From positions 231,323-295,322 of the forward strand of contig CAWGYJ010000008.1 in assembly GCA_963826895.1 (NCBI GenBank): 64,000 nt of DNA. The letters are read 5' to 3'. The DNA is from an uncultured Solirubrobacterales bacterium. Lineage in GTDB: Bacteria > Actinomycetota > Thermoleophilia > Solirubrobacterales > Solirubrobacteraceae. The stretch's first letter is position 1. Each line of letters opens with the position of its first letter. The notes below the pieces were generated by a model, which saw nothing but the letters and a program-made list of their open reading frames with translations, did not search any database and was not told where the DNA came from. Shown piece after piece: positions 1 to 13,368 of this stretch. Both the position numbers and the translations under genes were made by a program.

Positions 1-1917
<1,917 letters not shown>

Positions 1918-1932
1918 AGGTCCTCGTTCCAA

Positions 1933-1957
1933 AATCTAAGTCTATGTGACTTAGATT
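1933..1957. promoter_or_regulatory. HAIR-like HspR operator upstream of clpB
   Basis: Perfect inverted repeat AATCTAAGT-N7-ACTTAGATT, 15 bp from the clpB start. It overlaps a TG-c-TACAAT extended -10 on the minus strand. hspR lies in the same locus. Confidence 0.8.
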
Positions 1958-1972
1958 GTAGCACGGTACCTA

Positions 1973-4132
1973 TCAGGCGAGCTTGATCTTCTTACCGCCG
2001 GTCTGCGACTGGATCGACTCGCCGGCCGAGCGGATCACGTCGTACACGGTCGTGTTGAACAGCACGCCGTAGACGGTCGCCGTCAGCGGTCGGTGTGCGT
2101 TGCGCCCCGCCTTCAGCTTGCGCAGCTCGGTCTTCGACAGCGGGATCGTGACCACCGTGCTCCCGGCCGTCTTGCGCGAGAGCACGCGCGAGTCCTGCTC
2201 GACCGCGCTCCCGCTGCCGATGTGCACCATCGCGTATGCGCCAACCAGACATGCAGATGAGCACGAGACCGTGGCCTTGATCGCCCGCGCGCGGATCGCG
2301 CTCTGGCGCCCGGCCACCGACAGGGCGATGTGCATGATCGGCGGCTCGGCGAGCACCGCCGCCTGCTCGAACGCCGCCACATTGAGGCTGCCCCATCCGG
2401 ACGCGTCGTCGAAACCGGCAGCGGCGGCGCAGCACCCGAGCGCGCCGCCGCGCAACCCGCCCGGCAGGAACACGTCGTTGTCGCCGACGGTCACGTCGTC
2501 GAACACCGTGGTCCGCGCCGCCGACTCGCCGAGCTTGTACAGCAGCGGGTTGGCGAGCCCGAGGGTGGCGCGCCCGGCGGCGTGCAGCGCCTCGTCGACG
2601 AGCGCGAAGCCGCCGGCGAGCAAGGGCGTCGCCGCGCTCGTGCCGCCGACGCTGATCCAGTCGCTATCCGGGTCGCAGTCGGGTGGACCGGCGGTGCAGT
2701 AGATCGAGTAGCCCGGGAGGATGTCGGCGAGCATCGAGACGTCGGGGACGACACGCCCCTTCGACTTGGTGGCGCCGTTCTGGTACGCGGGCCGGCCGAA
2801 GCGCTCGCTCGGACCGCCGCCACCCGCCGATCCCGGCTGGACGGCGTTGTCGTTCCAGACCACCTGGCCGGTGATCTGGTTCGAGGCGTTGAGCGTGAAG
2901 TTCGTGCCGCCGACCCCGGTGACCCACCACGACGACGCCGGGTAGTTGACGGCGAGGTGATGGACCGGGTTGCCGTTGTCGTCCAGGCAGTCGGCGGAGC
3001 CGTCGTCGCCGCTCGAGGCCAGGTACGTGATCCCCGTCGCCGAGGCGGCCGCGAGCGCGGCCTCGACGTCGTTGAGCCCGCTTTCGGTCAGCGACCCGAT
3101 CACGTCCGATTCGCACAGCCCGAGCGAGGCGGAGATCACCTGCGGCTGCTTGGCGCCGCTCAGCTCGAGCGGCGCGGTCATCGCCTGCAGGGTGTCGGCC
3201 GCGGTCGAGTTCGCTTCGAAGATCTCGATCCGCTTGAGGCCCGGGGCCGCGGCGTCGAGCACCTCGAGGTCGAGCGTGGACTCGCCACCGGGCGACAGTG
3301 GGCTGGAGATCGAGCCGACCCCGTAGGGATCGAGCTCGGGCACCGGCAGCCCGAAGCACTGCGCGAACTGGACGATGTCGCTCGCCCGGTAGCCGTCGAT
3401 CTCGATCAGCGCCACGGTCTCCCCCTGGCCCGTGATGCCGGCGGTGTGGAGCGGGTCGAAGTCGTAGGCAGTGAGGTACTGGTTGGGCGTGTAACCGGCG
3501 GGGCCGTCCTGCGAGATGCCCGCCGACTGACCGCCGGGGCAGCCGGACGAGGTCCCCGTGTGCGGCCCGGAGGACGGGACGCCCGCGGTGGCGGCGTGGG
3601 CGGTCGCGATCGAGCTCGAGGTCACGGGCCGAGTGTCCAGCCCGACGACCCCGCCCGCGGCGCCTGCGAGCGCGGCCGGAACGACGCTCGCCGCGCGGGC
3701 CGTGATCGGCGCCACGAAGCGAGTCCCACCGCCGGTCCGGAAGCGTGCCAGCTCGGTGCCGAAGGCGCGCTCGGCGTGGGCCACGGTCATGGTGGCGTCG
3801 GCGAACAGGCCGGTCGCGTCGATCGAGATCCGGGTCGCCCCGTTCTCGGACAGGAACCTCGTCACGCGCGTCCGCGCGCGCGCGCTCGCACCGAACCACC
3901 GCGACAGCTTCGCGATCGGGGCGTAGCGGCCGTAGTCGGGCGAGCCGGGGGTCGAGACGGCGGCCGCGAACCGCTCGAGCCCGGCCGTGTCGGCGACCAG
4001 CGGGAGCACGATCGACAGCGGTTGCGAGGCCGGCGCCGGGCCGAGTGGCGCGCCGGTGCGTGCGGTCGCGGACGCGGGCGCGAGCGCGGCGCAGATGCAC
4101 ACGAGCCCCAGCGTCATCGAACCCCACCTCAT
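1973..4132 (-). CDS. Secreted S53 (sedolisin/kumamolisin) peptidase with pro-domain
   Basis: Signal peptide; pro-kumamolisin segment ([12 protein letters not shown]); catalytic ESTLD, SSGDDG and GGTSAATP; Ca-site motifs FDDVTVGDN and [10 protein letters not shown]; extra C-terminal domain. Confidence 0.92.
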   Translation of the reverse strand: MRWGSMTLGLVCICAALAPASATARTGAPLGPAPASQPLSIVLPLVADTAGLERFAAAVSTPGSPDYGRYAPIAKLSRWFGASARARTRVTRFLSENGATRISIDATGLFADATMTVAHAERAFGTELARFRTGGGTRFVAPITARAASVVPAALAGAAGGVVGLDTRPVTSSSIATAHAATAGVPSSGPHTGTSSGCPGGQSAGISQDGPAGYTPNQYLTAYDFDPLHTAGITGQGETVALIEIDGYRASDIVQFAQCFGLPVPELDPYGVGSISSPLSPGGESTLDLEVLDAAAPGLKRIEIFEANSTAADTLQAMTAPLELSGAKQPQVISASLGLCESDVIGSLTESGLNDVEAALAAASATGITYLASSGDDGSADCLDDNGNPVHHLAVNYPASSWWVTGVGGTNFTLNASNQITGQVVWNDNAVQPGSAGGGGPSERFGRPAYQNGATKSKGRVVPDVSMLADILPGYSIYCTAGPPDCDPDSDWISVGGTSAATPLLAGGFALVDEALHAAGRATLGLANPLLYKLGESAARTTVFDDVTVGDNDVFLPGGLRGGALGCCAAAAGFDDASGWGSLNVAAFEQAAVLAEPPIMHIALSVAGRQSAIRARAIKATVSCSSACLVGAYAMVHIGSGSAVEQDSRVLSRKTAGSTVVTIPLSKTELRKLKAGRNAHRPLTATVYGVLFNTTVYDVIRSAGESIQSQTGGKKIKLA

Positions 4133-4215
4133 GGCACTGCCTTTCTGTGGCTTCAGCCCCGGCGTCGCACGGATGATCGCAGGCCGGGGCCGAAGGGCAA
4201 CCCGGCCGGGGAGCG

Positions 4216-6378
4216 CTAAGACGTGACGGTCAGGCTGCGGACCGCGGTCACCTTGGCGATGTTGCCGCGCGAGTCGACCGCCGCTCCGAGCATGCGGATC
4301 GTGATCCGCTTGTGGTGGGCGAGCGCGTTGCGCAGCTTGCTCTCGATGCCGCCCGGGAACTTCACGACCGCGACCTTGGTGCCCTTGTGCGAGATCCGCA
4401 CGAGCTTAGATTCCAGCGACCCGATCACCTTGTTGCCGACCTCGATGCCGGCCTCGACGATCCCGAGGCACGGCTGCGTGCAGTGCACGTCGACCTTGAG
4501 CTCGTGGGCCGCGACCGGACGCTGGGGCGTCACGAAGTGCACCGAGACGTCGCCGAACTTCGGCAACGCCGCCTTGGCTGCGAGCGCGAAGTTCGGGAGG
4601 TCGATGCTGCCCCAACCGGACGCGTCGTCGAAGCCGGGGCCGGCGGTGCAGCAGCCGAGCAGCTGGCCGTTGCCGCCGGGGATGTAAGGCCCGACGTCGT
4701 TCCCGTACGCGGTCACGTCGTTGTAGACCAGGTTGGCCACGCTCGCGGTCTTGCCGATCGCATACAGGAGCGGGTTCACGAACCCGAGCTCCTCGTGGCC
4801 CTCGTGGTTCAGGTACTGATCGACCAGCGCTGCTCCGCCGGCGAACAGCGGGGCGGCCGCGCTGGTGCCGCCGACCTCCGTCCACGGACCCTTCTGGCCG
4901 CAGTCGGGCGGCCCCGCGGTGCAGTAGATCGCGTAGCCGGGATAGCTGTCCGCGAGCATCGAGATGTCGGGCACGGCCCGCTGATTCACGCCCACGACCC
5001 CGTCCTGGTAGGACGGGCGGTTGAACAGATCGCTCAGGCCGCCGCCACCTGCGCCGAGCTGCACGGTGGTGTCGTTCCACACGATCTCATCGCTGATCGT
5101 GTTGTTGGCGTTGAGCAGGAAGTTGGTGCCGCCGACGCCGGTGACGAACGGCGAGGACGCCGGGTAGTTGACCGCCAGCGCGTCCTGCGGGCTGCCGTTG
5201 TTCGAAGGGCAGTCGGCCGAGCCGCTGTCTCCGCTCGACGCGTCGACGGTGATGCCGGTGCTGGCCGCCAGCTCGAGGTCGCGCTCGAGCGAGTTGATCC
5301 CGGCCGCATGGAACCCCTGGTACATGTACGGCTCGCACAGGCCGAGGGAGGCCGAGATCACCTGCGGCTTGGTCCCCACCTGGACCAGCGGATCGACGAA
5401 CGACGCATCCACCTGAGCGGCATTGCCGTTGTTCTCCCAGACCTGGATGTGAGCCAGGCCGGGCGCCGCCGCGGTCAGGACCTCGAGGTCGAGCGTGGTC
5501 TCGCCGCCGGGCGGGAGCGCAGTCTTCGTGCCGACGCCGAACACGGTCAGCGGCGGCACCTTCAGGCCGAAGCAGCTCGCGAAGCTCGAGATGTCCGACG
5601 GCTTGAAGCCGTCGGTCTCGATCAGAGCGATCCGCTGCCCCTGCCCGTAGTACCCGGCGTTGTGCAGCGCCGTGTACTGGTACGCGGTCGTGTACTGGTT
5701 CGGGGTGAACCCGCCGATGGCCTGGCCACCCGCGCAGCCCGAGCGCGTCCCGCTGGCAGGGCCGTAGGCCGACGACGGCTGTGCCTGCGACGCATGCGCG
5801 AGCGTGCGGGGGACGCGTTTGCGGCTGTGTTGCGTCACCACCTGGCCTTGGCCGGAGACGATCGACTGCGTATCGAGCCCGATCACGCCGGTGACATCGG
5901 CCGTGAGCGCGGCGGGGACGCTGCTCGCCACGGCGCTGGCACTGGCGCCGACGGGCGCGATGAAGCGCTGCGTGTCGGTCTTGAAACTGCCCAGCGGCAG
6001 ACCGAACGCCCGCTCGGCGACCGCGACGCTGACGGTCGCGTCGACGGACATCCCGGTGCCGTCCGGCTTCACCGCGGTGGCGCCGATCGAGCGCAGGTAG
6101 CGGACGACCCGCTCGGTGACCGCTTTGCTCGCGCCGAAGCGCCGGGCGAGCTCGCCGATCGACTCGTAGTGGCCGTAGAGCTTCGACCCGGGCGTGGAGA
6201 CGGCGTACGCGAACGCCTTCAGGCCCGCGTCGTTCGCGACCAGCGGCAGGACCAGCTGGACCTTCGCCTGACTCGGCGCCGGCCCGACGAGCTTCGTGCG
6301 GGCAAGCGCCGCGGGCGTCGTTGCCGCGAGCGCCACCAGCGCGACGGCTACTGCAATCAGCCTCCGGGTCCCCGACAA
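4216..6378 (-). CDS. Secreted S53 (sedolisin) peptidase, tandem paralogue
   Basis: Signal peptide, pro-domain, ETTLD, SSGDSG, GGTSAAAP and [10 protein letters not shown] motifs. The TTG start is uncertain. Confidence 0.92.
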   Translation of the reverse strand: MSGTRRLIAVAVALVALAATTPAALARTKLVGPAPSQAKVQLVLPLVANDAGLKAFAYAVSTPGSKLYGHYESIGELARRFGASKAVTERVVRYLRSIGATAVKPDGTGMSVDATVSVAVAERAFGLPLGSFKTDTQRFIAPVGASASAVASSVPAALTADVTGVIGLDTQSIVSGQGQVVTQHSRKRVPRTLAHASQAQPSSAYGPASGTRSGCAGGQAIGGFTPNQYTTAYQYTALHNAGYYGQGQRIALIETDGFKPSDISSFASCFGLKVPPLTVFGVGTKTALPPGGETTLDLEVLTAAAPGLAHIQVWENNGNAAQVDASFVDPLVQVGTKPQVISASLGLCEPYMYQGFHAAGINSLERDLELAASTGITVDASSGDSGSADCPSNNGSPQDALAVNYPASSPFVTGVGGTNFLLNANNTISDEIVWNDTTVQLGAGGGGLSDLFNRPSYQDGVVGVNQRAVPDISMLADSYPGYAIYCTAGPPDCGQKGPWTEVGGTSAAAPLFAGGAALVDQYLNHEGHEELGFVNPLLYAIGKTASVANLVYNDVTAYGNDVGPYIPGGNGQLLGCCTAGPGFDDASGWGSIDLPNFALAAKAALPKFGDVSVHFVTPQRPVAAHELKVDVHCTQPCLGIVEAGIEVGNKVIGSLESKLVRISHKGTKVAVVKFPGGIESKLRNALAHHKRITIRMLGAAVDSRGNIAKVTAVRSLTVTS

Positions 6379-6391
6379 AGCACCCGGTAGC

Positions 6392-6859
6392 CTACCGCGC
6401 TCGCTCGACGGGCACCTTGAAAGTCTTCACATCGGCCGAGCGGACGATCGCGCCGCCCTTCACGTACGGAACGATTTCGGCTCGTAGCTCGCGGCGCAGC
6501 GCCTCGAGCCGCTGTACCTCGGTGGTCAGCTCCGCGGCGCGTTTCTCGAGGGCGGAGACCTTGCGGGCCATCGAGTCGAGCTGCTGCTCGAGCTCGAACA
6601 CGCGCTCGACCCCCGCGAGGTTCATCCCCAGCTCGACGGTCATCTCCTGGATCCGCCGCAGCCGCTCGACGTCCTCGTGCGAATACAGGCGCGTGCCCTT
6701 CGGCGAGCGCTGGGGCTCGATCAGCCCCCGCGCCTCGTACATGCGAAGCGTCTGCGGGTGCATCTCCGCGAGCTCGGCGGCGACCGAGATCATGAACACG
6801 CCGCGGTCGTTCGAGACCTCAACCCGCGTGGTGGTCGTGCGGATCCGGTGGGAGGCCAT
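6392..6859 (-). CDS. hspR: Heat-shock repressor HspR (MerR family)
   Basis: ISVAAELAEMHPQTLRMYEARGLIEPQRS...RLYS and GMNLAGV. Start overlaps the dnaJ stop. Confidence 0.95.
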   Translation of the reverse strand: MASHRIRTTTTRVEVSNDRGVFMISVAAELAEMHPQTLRMYEARGLIEPQRSPKGTRLYSHEDVERLRRIQEMTVELGMNLAGVERVFELEQQLDSMARKVSALEKRAAELTTEVQRLEALRRELRAEIVPYVKGGAIVRSADVKTFKVPVERAR

Positions 6860-8013
6860 CAGCGGGCCTCCTCTTGCGCCGCGGTCTTCCTCTCCTGTGA
6901 CGCGGTGAACAGCTTCGCGCGCGGGTCACCGTTCATGACCTCGGACAGCTTGTCAACGGCTTCGGACTGCTCCTGGGACAGCGACGACGGCACGTCGATC
7001 ACGAACCGGTAGTGGATATCGCCGCGGCTCTTGCCGCCGCCGAGACGCGGAGGTCCCTCGCCGCGCAGGCGCTGGACGGTGCCGTGCTTGGTGCCTCGCG
7101 GAACCCGGAGTCGCTTCGAGCCGCTCAGCGTCGGGACCTCGATCACCGCGCCGCGGATCGCCTCGGGGATCGTCAGCGGCACCTCGACCTCGAAGTTGTC
7201 GCCGGAGCGCTTGAACACCGGCGAGTCGCCGACGCGCGTGATCACGAACAGGTCGCCTGGCTGGCCCTGGTTGTTCGGGGCGGGCTCGCCCTTGCCGGCC
7301 AGGCGGATGCGACTGCCGTCCTTGACGCCGGCGGGGATGTTGACCCGCAGCCGGCGGACGCCGCGCTGCGCACCCGTACCGTGGCACGTCGGGCAGGGAT
7401 CGTCGATCACGGTGCCCGAGCCGTGGCAGTTCGAGCAGGGCTGGGAGATCGAGAAGATCCCCTGGCTCTGGGACTCGATCCCACGGCCCTCGCACACCGG
7501 GCAGACGTGCGGGCTCGTACCCGGCTTGGCGCCGGTGCCGTGGCACGTCGGGCACGGCGAGGACGTCGGCACCTGGAGCGGGACCTGGGCGCCGTTCACG
7601 GCCTGGTCGAAGTCGAGAGTGACCTCGGTCTCGAGGTCGCGTCCGCGCTGGACTCCGGCGCGCCCGCGGTTCGCGCGGCCGGCGCCGGCACCGCCGCCGC
7701 CACCGCCGCCGCCCCCGAAGATGTTGGAGAAGATGTCGGTGAAGCCGCCGAACGAGCTCGCGTCGAAGCCGCCCACGTTCGAGAAGCCGCCGAGCGGGCC
7801 GGTGCCGCGGTCGTACGCCTTGCGCTTGTCGGGATCGGACAGGACGTCGTTCGCCTGGGAGATCTCCTTGAACCGCTCCTCGGCCTGCTTGTCCCCGTGG
7901 TTCTGGTCCGGGTGGTACTTGCGGGCGAGCTTGCGGTAGGCCTTCTTGATCTCCTCGTCGGACGCGTTCTTGCCGACCCCGAGGGTCTTGTAGTAGTCGG
8001 GCTTGTCAGGCAT
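6859..8013 (-). CDS. dnaJ: Chaperone DnaJ
   Basis: MPDKPDYYK start, J-domain HPD, G/F-rich linker and four CxxCxGxG zinc motifs. Confidence 0.97.
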   Translation of the reverse strand: MPDKPDYYKTLGVGKNASDEEIKKAYRKLARKYHPDQNHGDKQAEERFKEISQANDVLSDPDKRKAYDRGTGPLGGFSNVGGFDASSFGGFTDIFSNIFGGGGGGGGGAGAGRANRGRAGVQRGRDLETEVTLDFDQAVNGAQVPLQVPTSSPCPTCHGTGAKPGTSPHVCPVCEGRGIESQSQGIFSISQPCSNCHGSGTVIDDPCPTCHGTGAQRGVRRLRVNIPAGVKDGSRIRLAGKGEPAPNNQGQPGDLFVITRVGDSPVFKRSGDNFEVEVPLTIPEAIRGAVIEVPTLSGSKRLRVPRGTKHGTVQRLRGEGPPRLGGGKSRGDIHYRFVIDVPSSLSQEQSEAVDKLSEVMNGDPRAKLFTASQERKTAAQEEAR

Positions 8014-8026
8014 GGAGGTGCTCCGT

Positions 8027-8653
8027 CTATGCCGCGACGACCACGCGCGCGGGGCGGATGATCGAGTCCCCGAGCGTGTATCCACGCTGGTAGACCTCGA
8101 CGATCGTCCCCGGCTCGGCGCCCTCGGCGGGCATCTGCGCGACCGCCTCGTGGTGCTGGGGATCGAACCGCTCGCCGACCGGCGAGTAGCCCTCGATCCC
8201 GACACGTGCGAGCGCCGCGACCATGTCCGCATGGACGAGCTTGATGCCCGCGACGAGCGGGTTGTCGGCTCCGTCGGCGGCTTGCTCCCCGGCCGCTCCG
8301 GCTGCAGCTTCGGCGGCCGCCAGCGCGCGGTCCAGGTCGTCGACCGCGGGCAGCAGCTCCTTGGCGAGCTTGATCACGCCTCGGGCCTGCGCCGCCGCCG
8401 CCTCCTTGGTGGCGCGCCGCCGGTAGTTCTCGAAGTCGGCCTGGGTGCGCTGCGCCAGCGCGAGGTATTCGTCGGCCTTCGCGGCCTTGGCGGCGACGAT
8501 GTCCACCGGACCTTCGACGGACGCGTCCCCCGCCAGCGCCTGCTCGGGCTCGAGCTCCTGAGCCTGCTCGTCGGCAGGCTCAGGCAGCTCGGACTCGACG
8601 ACCTCGTCCTCGGCGTCGACCATCCCGGCCGACTTGGTCGGGTCGTTCGTCAT
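8027..8653 (-). CDS. grpE: Nucleotide exchange factor GrpE
   Basis: [18 protein letters not shown] and [16 protein letters not shown]; lies between dnaK and dnaJ. Confidence 0.96.
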   Translation of the reverse strand: MTNDPTKSAGMVDAEDEVVESELPEPADEQAQELEPEQALAGDASVEGPVDIVAAKAAKADEYLALAQRTQADFENYRRRATKEAAAAQARGVIKLAKELLPAVDDLDRALAAAEAAAGAAGEQAADGADNPLVAGIKLVHADMVAALARVGIEGYSPVGERFDPQHHEAVAQMPAEGAEPGTIVEVYQRGYTLGDSIIRPARVVVAA

Positions 8654-8656
8654 CGC

Positions 8657-10576
<1,920 letters not shown>

Positions 10577-10609
10577 TTGGGTTGTTTGCTCCTATGGTGG
10601 TCTGCTGAA

Positions 10610-10634
10610 AATCTAAGCCAGATCGTAGCAGATT
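10610..10634. promoter_or_regulatory. Degenerate HAIR-like operator overlapping the dnaK -10 element
   Basis: AATCTAAGC-N7-TAGCAGATT has the same 9-7-9 geometry and outer arms as the clpB site. The minus strand reads TG-c-TACGAT as an extended -10. Confidence 0.65.
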
Positions 10635-10656
10635 TGGGGCGGGCGGGTGCGCGGTT

Positions 10657-10863
10657 GGTCGACAAAATGAGCCTCCTGGGCGGCGAATGTCGACCGCTCG
10701 CGTTCGGGAAGGAGCCGGGGCTTGGTTGGCTGGGCGGGCCGAGCATTGTCGGTTCTCTGACCAGGGTTGTGCTCACGCGTCCGCGCCGCGGCGCCGGCTG
10801 AGCAGTTCTCCTTGACTGTCACGGGAAACAACTCACGCGCCGCTCGCGGCACTCACGCGTGAG
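10657..10863. repeat. Cluster of imperfect palindromes (REP-like)
   Basis: GGTCGACA..TGTCGACC (10657-10695), GAGCA..TGCTC (10741-10774), TGAG..CTCA with inner pairing (10799-10835) and CTCACGCGTGAG (10852-10863). Confidence 0.45.
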
Positions 10864-10867
10864 CGGT

Positions 10868-11605
10868 TTACGGCGTGGGACGCTCGGCCCTGATGAAGGT
10901 GTCGGCGCTCGGGCACATGCGGCGCAGGGCGCAGGCGCGGCACTCCGGCCGCTGGGCATGGCAGGTGCGGCGGCCGTGGCGCAGCAGGTTGATGTGGAGC
11001 TCCCATTCCTCGCCCGGCGGCGTGATCTCGAGCATCGTGTCGTGGAGCTCCTCGAACGGGGCGCCCGGGCGGAACAGCCCGAGCCGCCAGCCGACGCGCG
11101 ACACGTGCGTGTCGACGGGCACCTCGCGCATCCCTAGCGCGAACAGCAGCACGCAGGCGGCGGTCTTGCGTCCCACGCCCGGCAGCGCCACCAGATAGTC
11201 CCTCGCGCGTTCGACTGGCTGGCCAGCCAGCCAGGCCAGCGACAGAGCGTCGGGCGAGGAGGGGTCGGGGGGCGGGGCGCCGTCGGGGCGGGGGTTGTCC
11301 GTGATCGCGCGCAGGATCGACTTGATCCGCGCGGACTTGATCTTCGAGATCCCGCCGGGACGGATCGCCTCCTCGACCAGGTCGACGGGCGCGTCGCGGA
11401 CGTCGGTCCACTCGGGGAATCGCTCGCGGAGCCCGAGATAGGCGATGTCCCGGTTGCGGTCGTTGGTCGACTGCGACAGCACCGTCAGGATCAGCTCAGC
11501 GATCGGGCGGCCGTGGGGCTCGGCGAGCGGGATGCCGTACACCAGCCGAAGCCGGTCGCGGATCGCGCGCACCCGGCGAGCGGTCGGGCGTCGCCACTCA
11601 GTCAA
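10868..11605 (-). CDS. Endonuclease III-like HhH-GPD DNA glycosylase
   Basis: VLSQSTND, LPGVGRKTA (HhH), PVDTHV and the 4Fe-4S motif Cx6Cx2Cx5C. Confidence 0.9.
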   Translation of the reverse strand: MTEWRRPTARRVRAIRDRLRLVYGIPLAEPHGRPIAELILTVLSQSTNDRNRDIAYLGLRERFPEWTDVRDAPVDLVEEAIRPGGISKIKSARIKSILRAITDNPRPDGAPPPDPSSPDALSLAWLAGQPVERARDYLVALPGVGRKTAACVLLFALGMREVPVDTHVSRVGWRLGLFRPGAPFEELHDTMLEITPPGEEWELHINLLRHGRRTCHAQRPECRACALRRMCPSADTFIRAERPTP

Positions 11606-12500
11606 GCGCGCCCCACCGCTCGCACACGGCCGCGCCGGCCATCATCGCGGCCGGCAGGCCGGCGGCGACGGCCGCCGGGTAGAAGCCCGTGAGCGCGAGG
11701 CGCGCGAGCAGCACCCCGTTGACCGCGTCGCCGGCGCCGATCGTGGAACGGATGTGCGAGAGGCGGATGCCGGGCGCATCGGCGCGAAGCTCGCCTCGCA
11801 GCAGTGCGCCGCGCTCACCCAGGGTGATCACGACGAGCCGCGCACCGGCCTTGACCAGCGCGAGCGCTGCCCGCTCCGGGTCGTCCTCGCCGGTCATCAC
11901 CGCCGCGTCGAAGGCCGTGGCGCGCACGAGCAGCGCGCCCGGCACGCAGGCGTTCGCGCTGGCGGCGGCGTCCGCACGGGAAGCCCAGCGGCCGAGCCGC
12001 AGATTCGGGTCGAAGACCACCGGCCGGCCGAGCTCGAGCGCGGTTCGGAGCGCTCGCATCGACACCTCCCGCTCACCTGCGCCAACGAGCGTGTTCGAGG
12101 ACAGGAACAAGCCCGCCGAGTCGGCGACGGCCTCCTCGATCCGGTCGCCAAGCGCCTGCACCGCGGCCGCGATCGCGTCGCCATAGATCGCGTACGTGGC
12201 CTCGCCGGAGCCCGAGACCACGACCGTCGCCACCGGGGTCTGCACGGCCGGCAGCAATGAGAACCACGACACCTCGACGCCCTCGGCGATCAGCCGGTCC
12301 AGGAGCCAGCGACCCCACTCGTCGTCGCCGGCGCCGCCGGCCACGGCGACGGAGGCGCCTTCGCGCGCGGCGAACACGGCGACGTTCGCGACCGAGCCGC
12401 CGAAGTGGGGCACGAACGCGCCGGCGTCGGCCAGGCCCGCCACGGGGCGCTCGCAGATCAGGTCCACGAGCGCCTCACCGAGACACAGGACGCGCGCCAT
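11598..12500 (-). CDS. PfkB-family carbohydrate kinase
   Basis: GEALVDL, GGSVANVA, FDPNLR and STIGAGDA motifs. Confidence 0.9.
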   Translation of the reverse strand: MARVLCLGEALVDLICERPVAGLADAGAFVPHFGGSVANVAVFAAREGASVAVAGGAGDDEWGRWLLDRLIAEGVEVSWFSLLPAVQTPVATVVVSGSGEATYAIYGDAIAAAVQALGDRIEEAVADSAGLFLSSNTLVGAGEREVSMRALRTALELGRPVVFDPNLRLGRWASRADAAASANACVPGALLVRATAFDAAVMTGEDDPERAALALVKAGARLVVITLGERGALLRGELRADAPGIRLSHIRSTIGAGDAVNGVLLARLALTGFYPAAVAAGLPAAMMAGAAVCERWGALD

Positions 12501-12552
12501 CAGCCGCACGTTACTTGGGGACCACGGCGCAACCCCCTATCCTCGCCGCGCG

Positions 12553-13368
12553 GTGCACGTCGACGAGCACACGATCGAGCTCGACGGGGCGCCGGTGTTC
12601 TACCGGAGCGCGGGGGAGGCGGCGGAACCGGTGCTCTATCTGCACGGGTCGCCGACCAGTTCGGACGATTGGGTCGGGATGCTCGAGCGCACGGGCGGGA
12701 TCGCACCCGACCTGCCCGGCTTCGGGCGCACCGCCAAGGGGGGCCACCTCGACTACACGCTCCGTGGCCACGCCGACTTCATCGAGCGGCTGCTGGCCGA
12801 GCTCGAGATCGAGCGCATCAGGCTGGTGGCACACGACTGGGGCGCCGGCGGCGGGCTCGTGTTCGCGCAGCGCCACCCCGACCGCATCGACAAGCTCGCG
12901 CTGCTCGACGCGCTGCCACTGCTGGAGGGCTTCGAGTACGGGCGCGCCGGCCGGATCTGGCGCACCCGCGCACTCGGCGAGCTGGCGATCGGCTCGGTCA
13001 CGCGGTGGGTGATGAAGCGCGAGCTGCGCCACGCCACCGTCAACGAGGAGATCTGGACCGACGAGCGCCTGCGGACGGTGTTCGACCAGTTCGACCAGGG
13101 CACGCAGCGCGCCGTGCTGCGCCTGCACCGCGCGACGGGGCCGCGCGAGCTGGTCGCGGAGGGCCTCGAGCTGGGAGAGCTCGCGATGCCGGCGCTGGTG
13201 CTGTGGGGCGACCAGGACCCGTGGATCGCGGCGAGCTGGGCGGACGCGTATGCCGAGCGCCTGCCGAACGCCACCGCGGAGCGAGCGGCCGACGCCGGGC
13301 ATTGGCCGTGGCTCGAGCGCCCGGAGGTCGCGGAGCGGCTCGCGGCGTTCCTCAGCCCGGGCGAGTGA
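12553..13368 (+). CDS. Alpha/beta-fold hydrolase (epoxide hydrolase/HLD-like)
   Basis: HGSP, PDLPGFG, HDWG nucleophile, WGDQD and AGHW motifs. GTG start inferred. Confidence 0.88.
   Translation: MHVDEHTIELDGAPVFYRSAGEAAEPVLYLHGSPTSSDDWVGMLERTGGIAPDLPGFGRTAKGGHLDYTLRGHADFIERLLAELEIERIRLVAHDWGAGGGLVFAQRHPDRIDKLALLDALPLLEGFEYGRAGRIWRTRALGELAIGSVTRWVMKRELRHATVNEEIWTDERLRTVFDQFDQGTQRAVLRLHRATGPRELVAEGLELGELAMPALVLWGDQDPWIAASWADAYAERLPNATAERAADAGHWPWLERPEVAERLAAFLSPGE

Noticed and set aside
10635-10867. Possible SRP RNA, tRNA or mini-CRISPR in the dnaK upstream gap
   Set aside because: No SRP helix-8 consensus, no cloverleaf, no identical repeats with spacers, and no cas genes.
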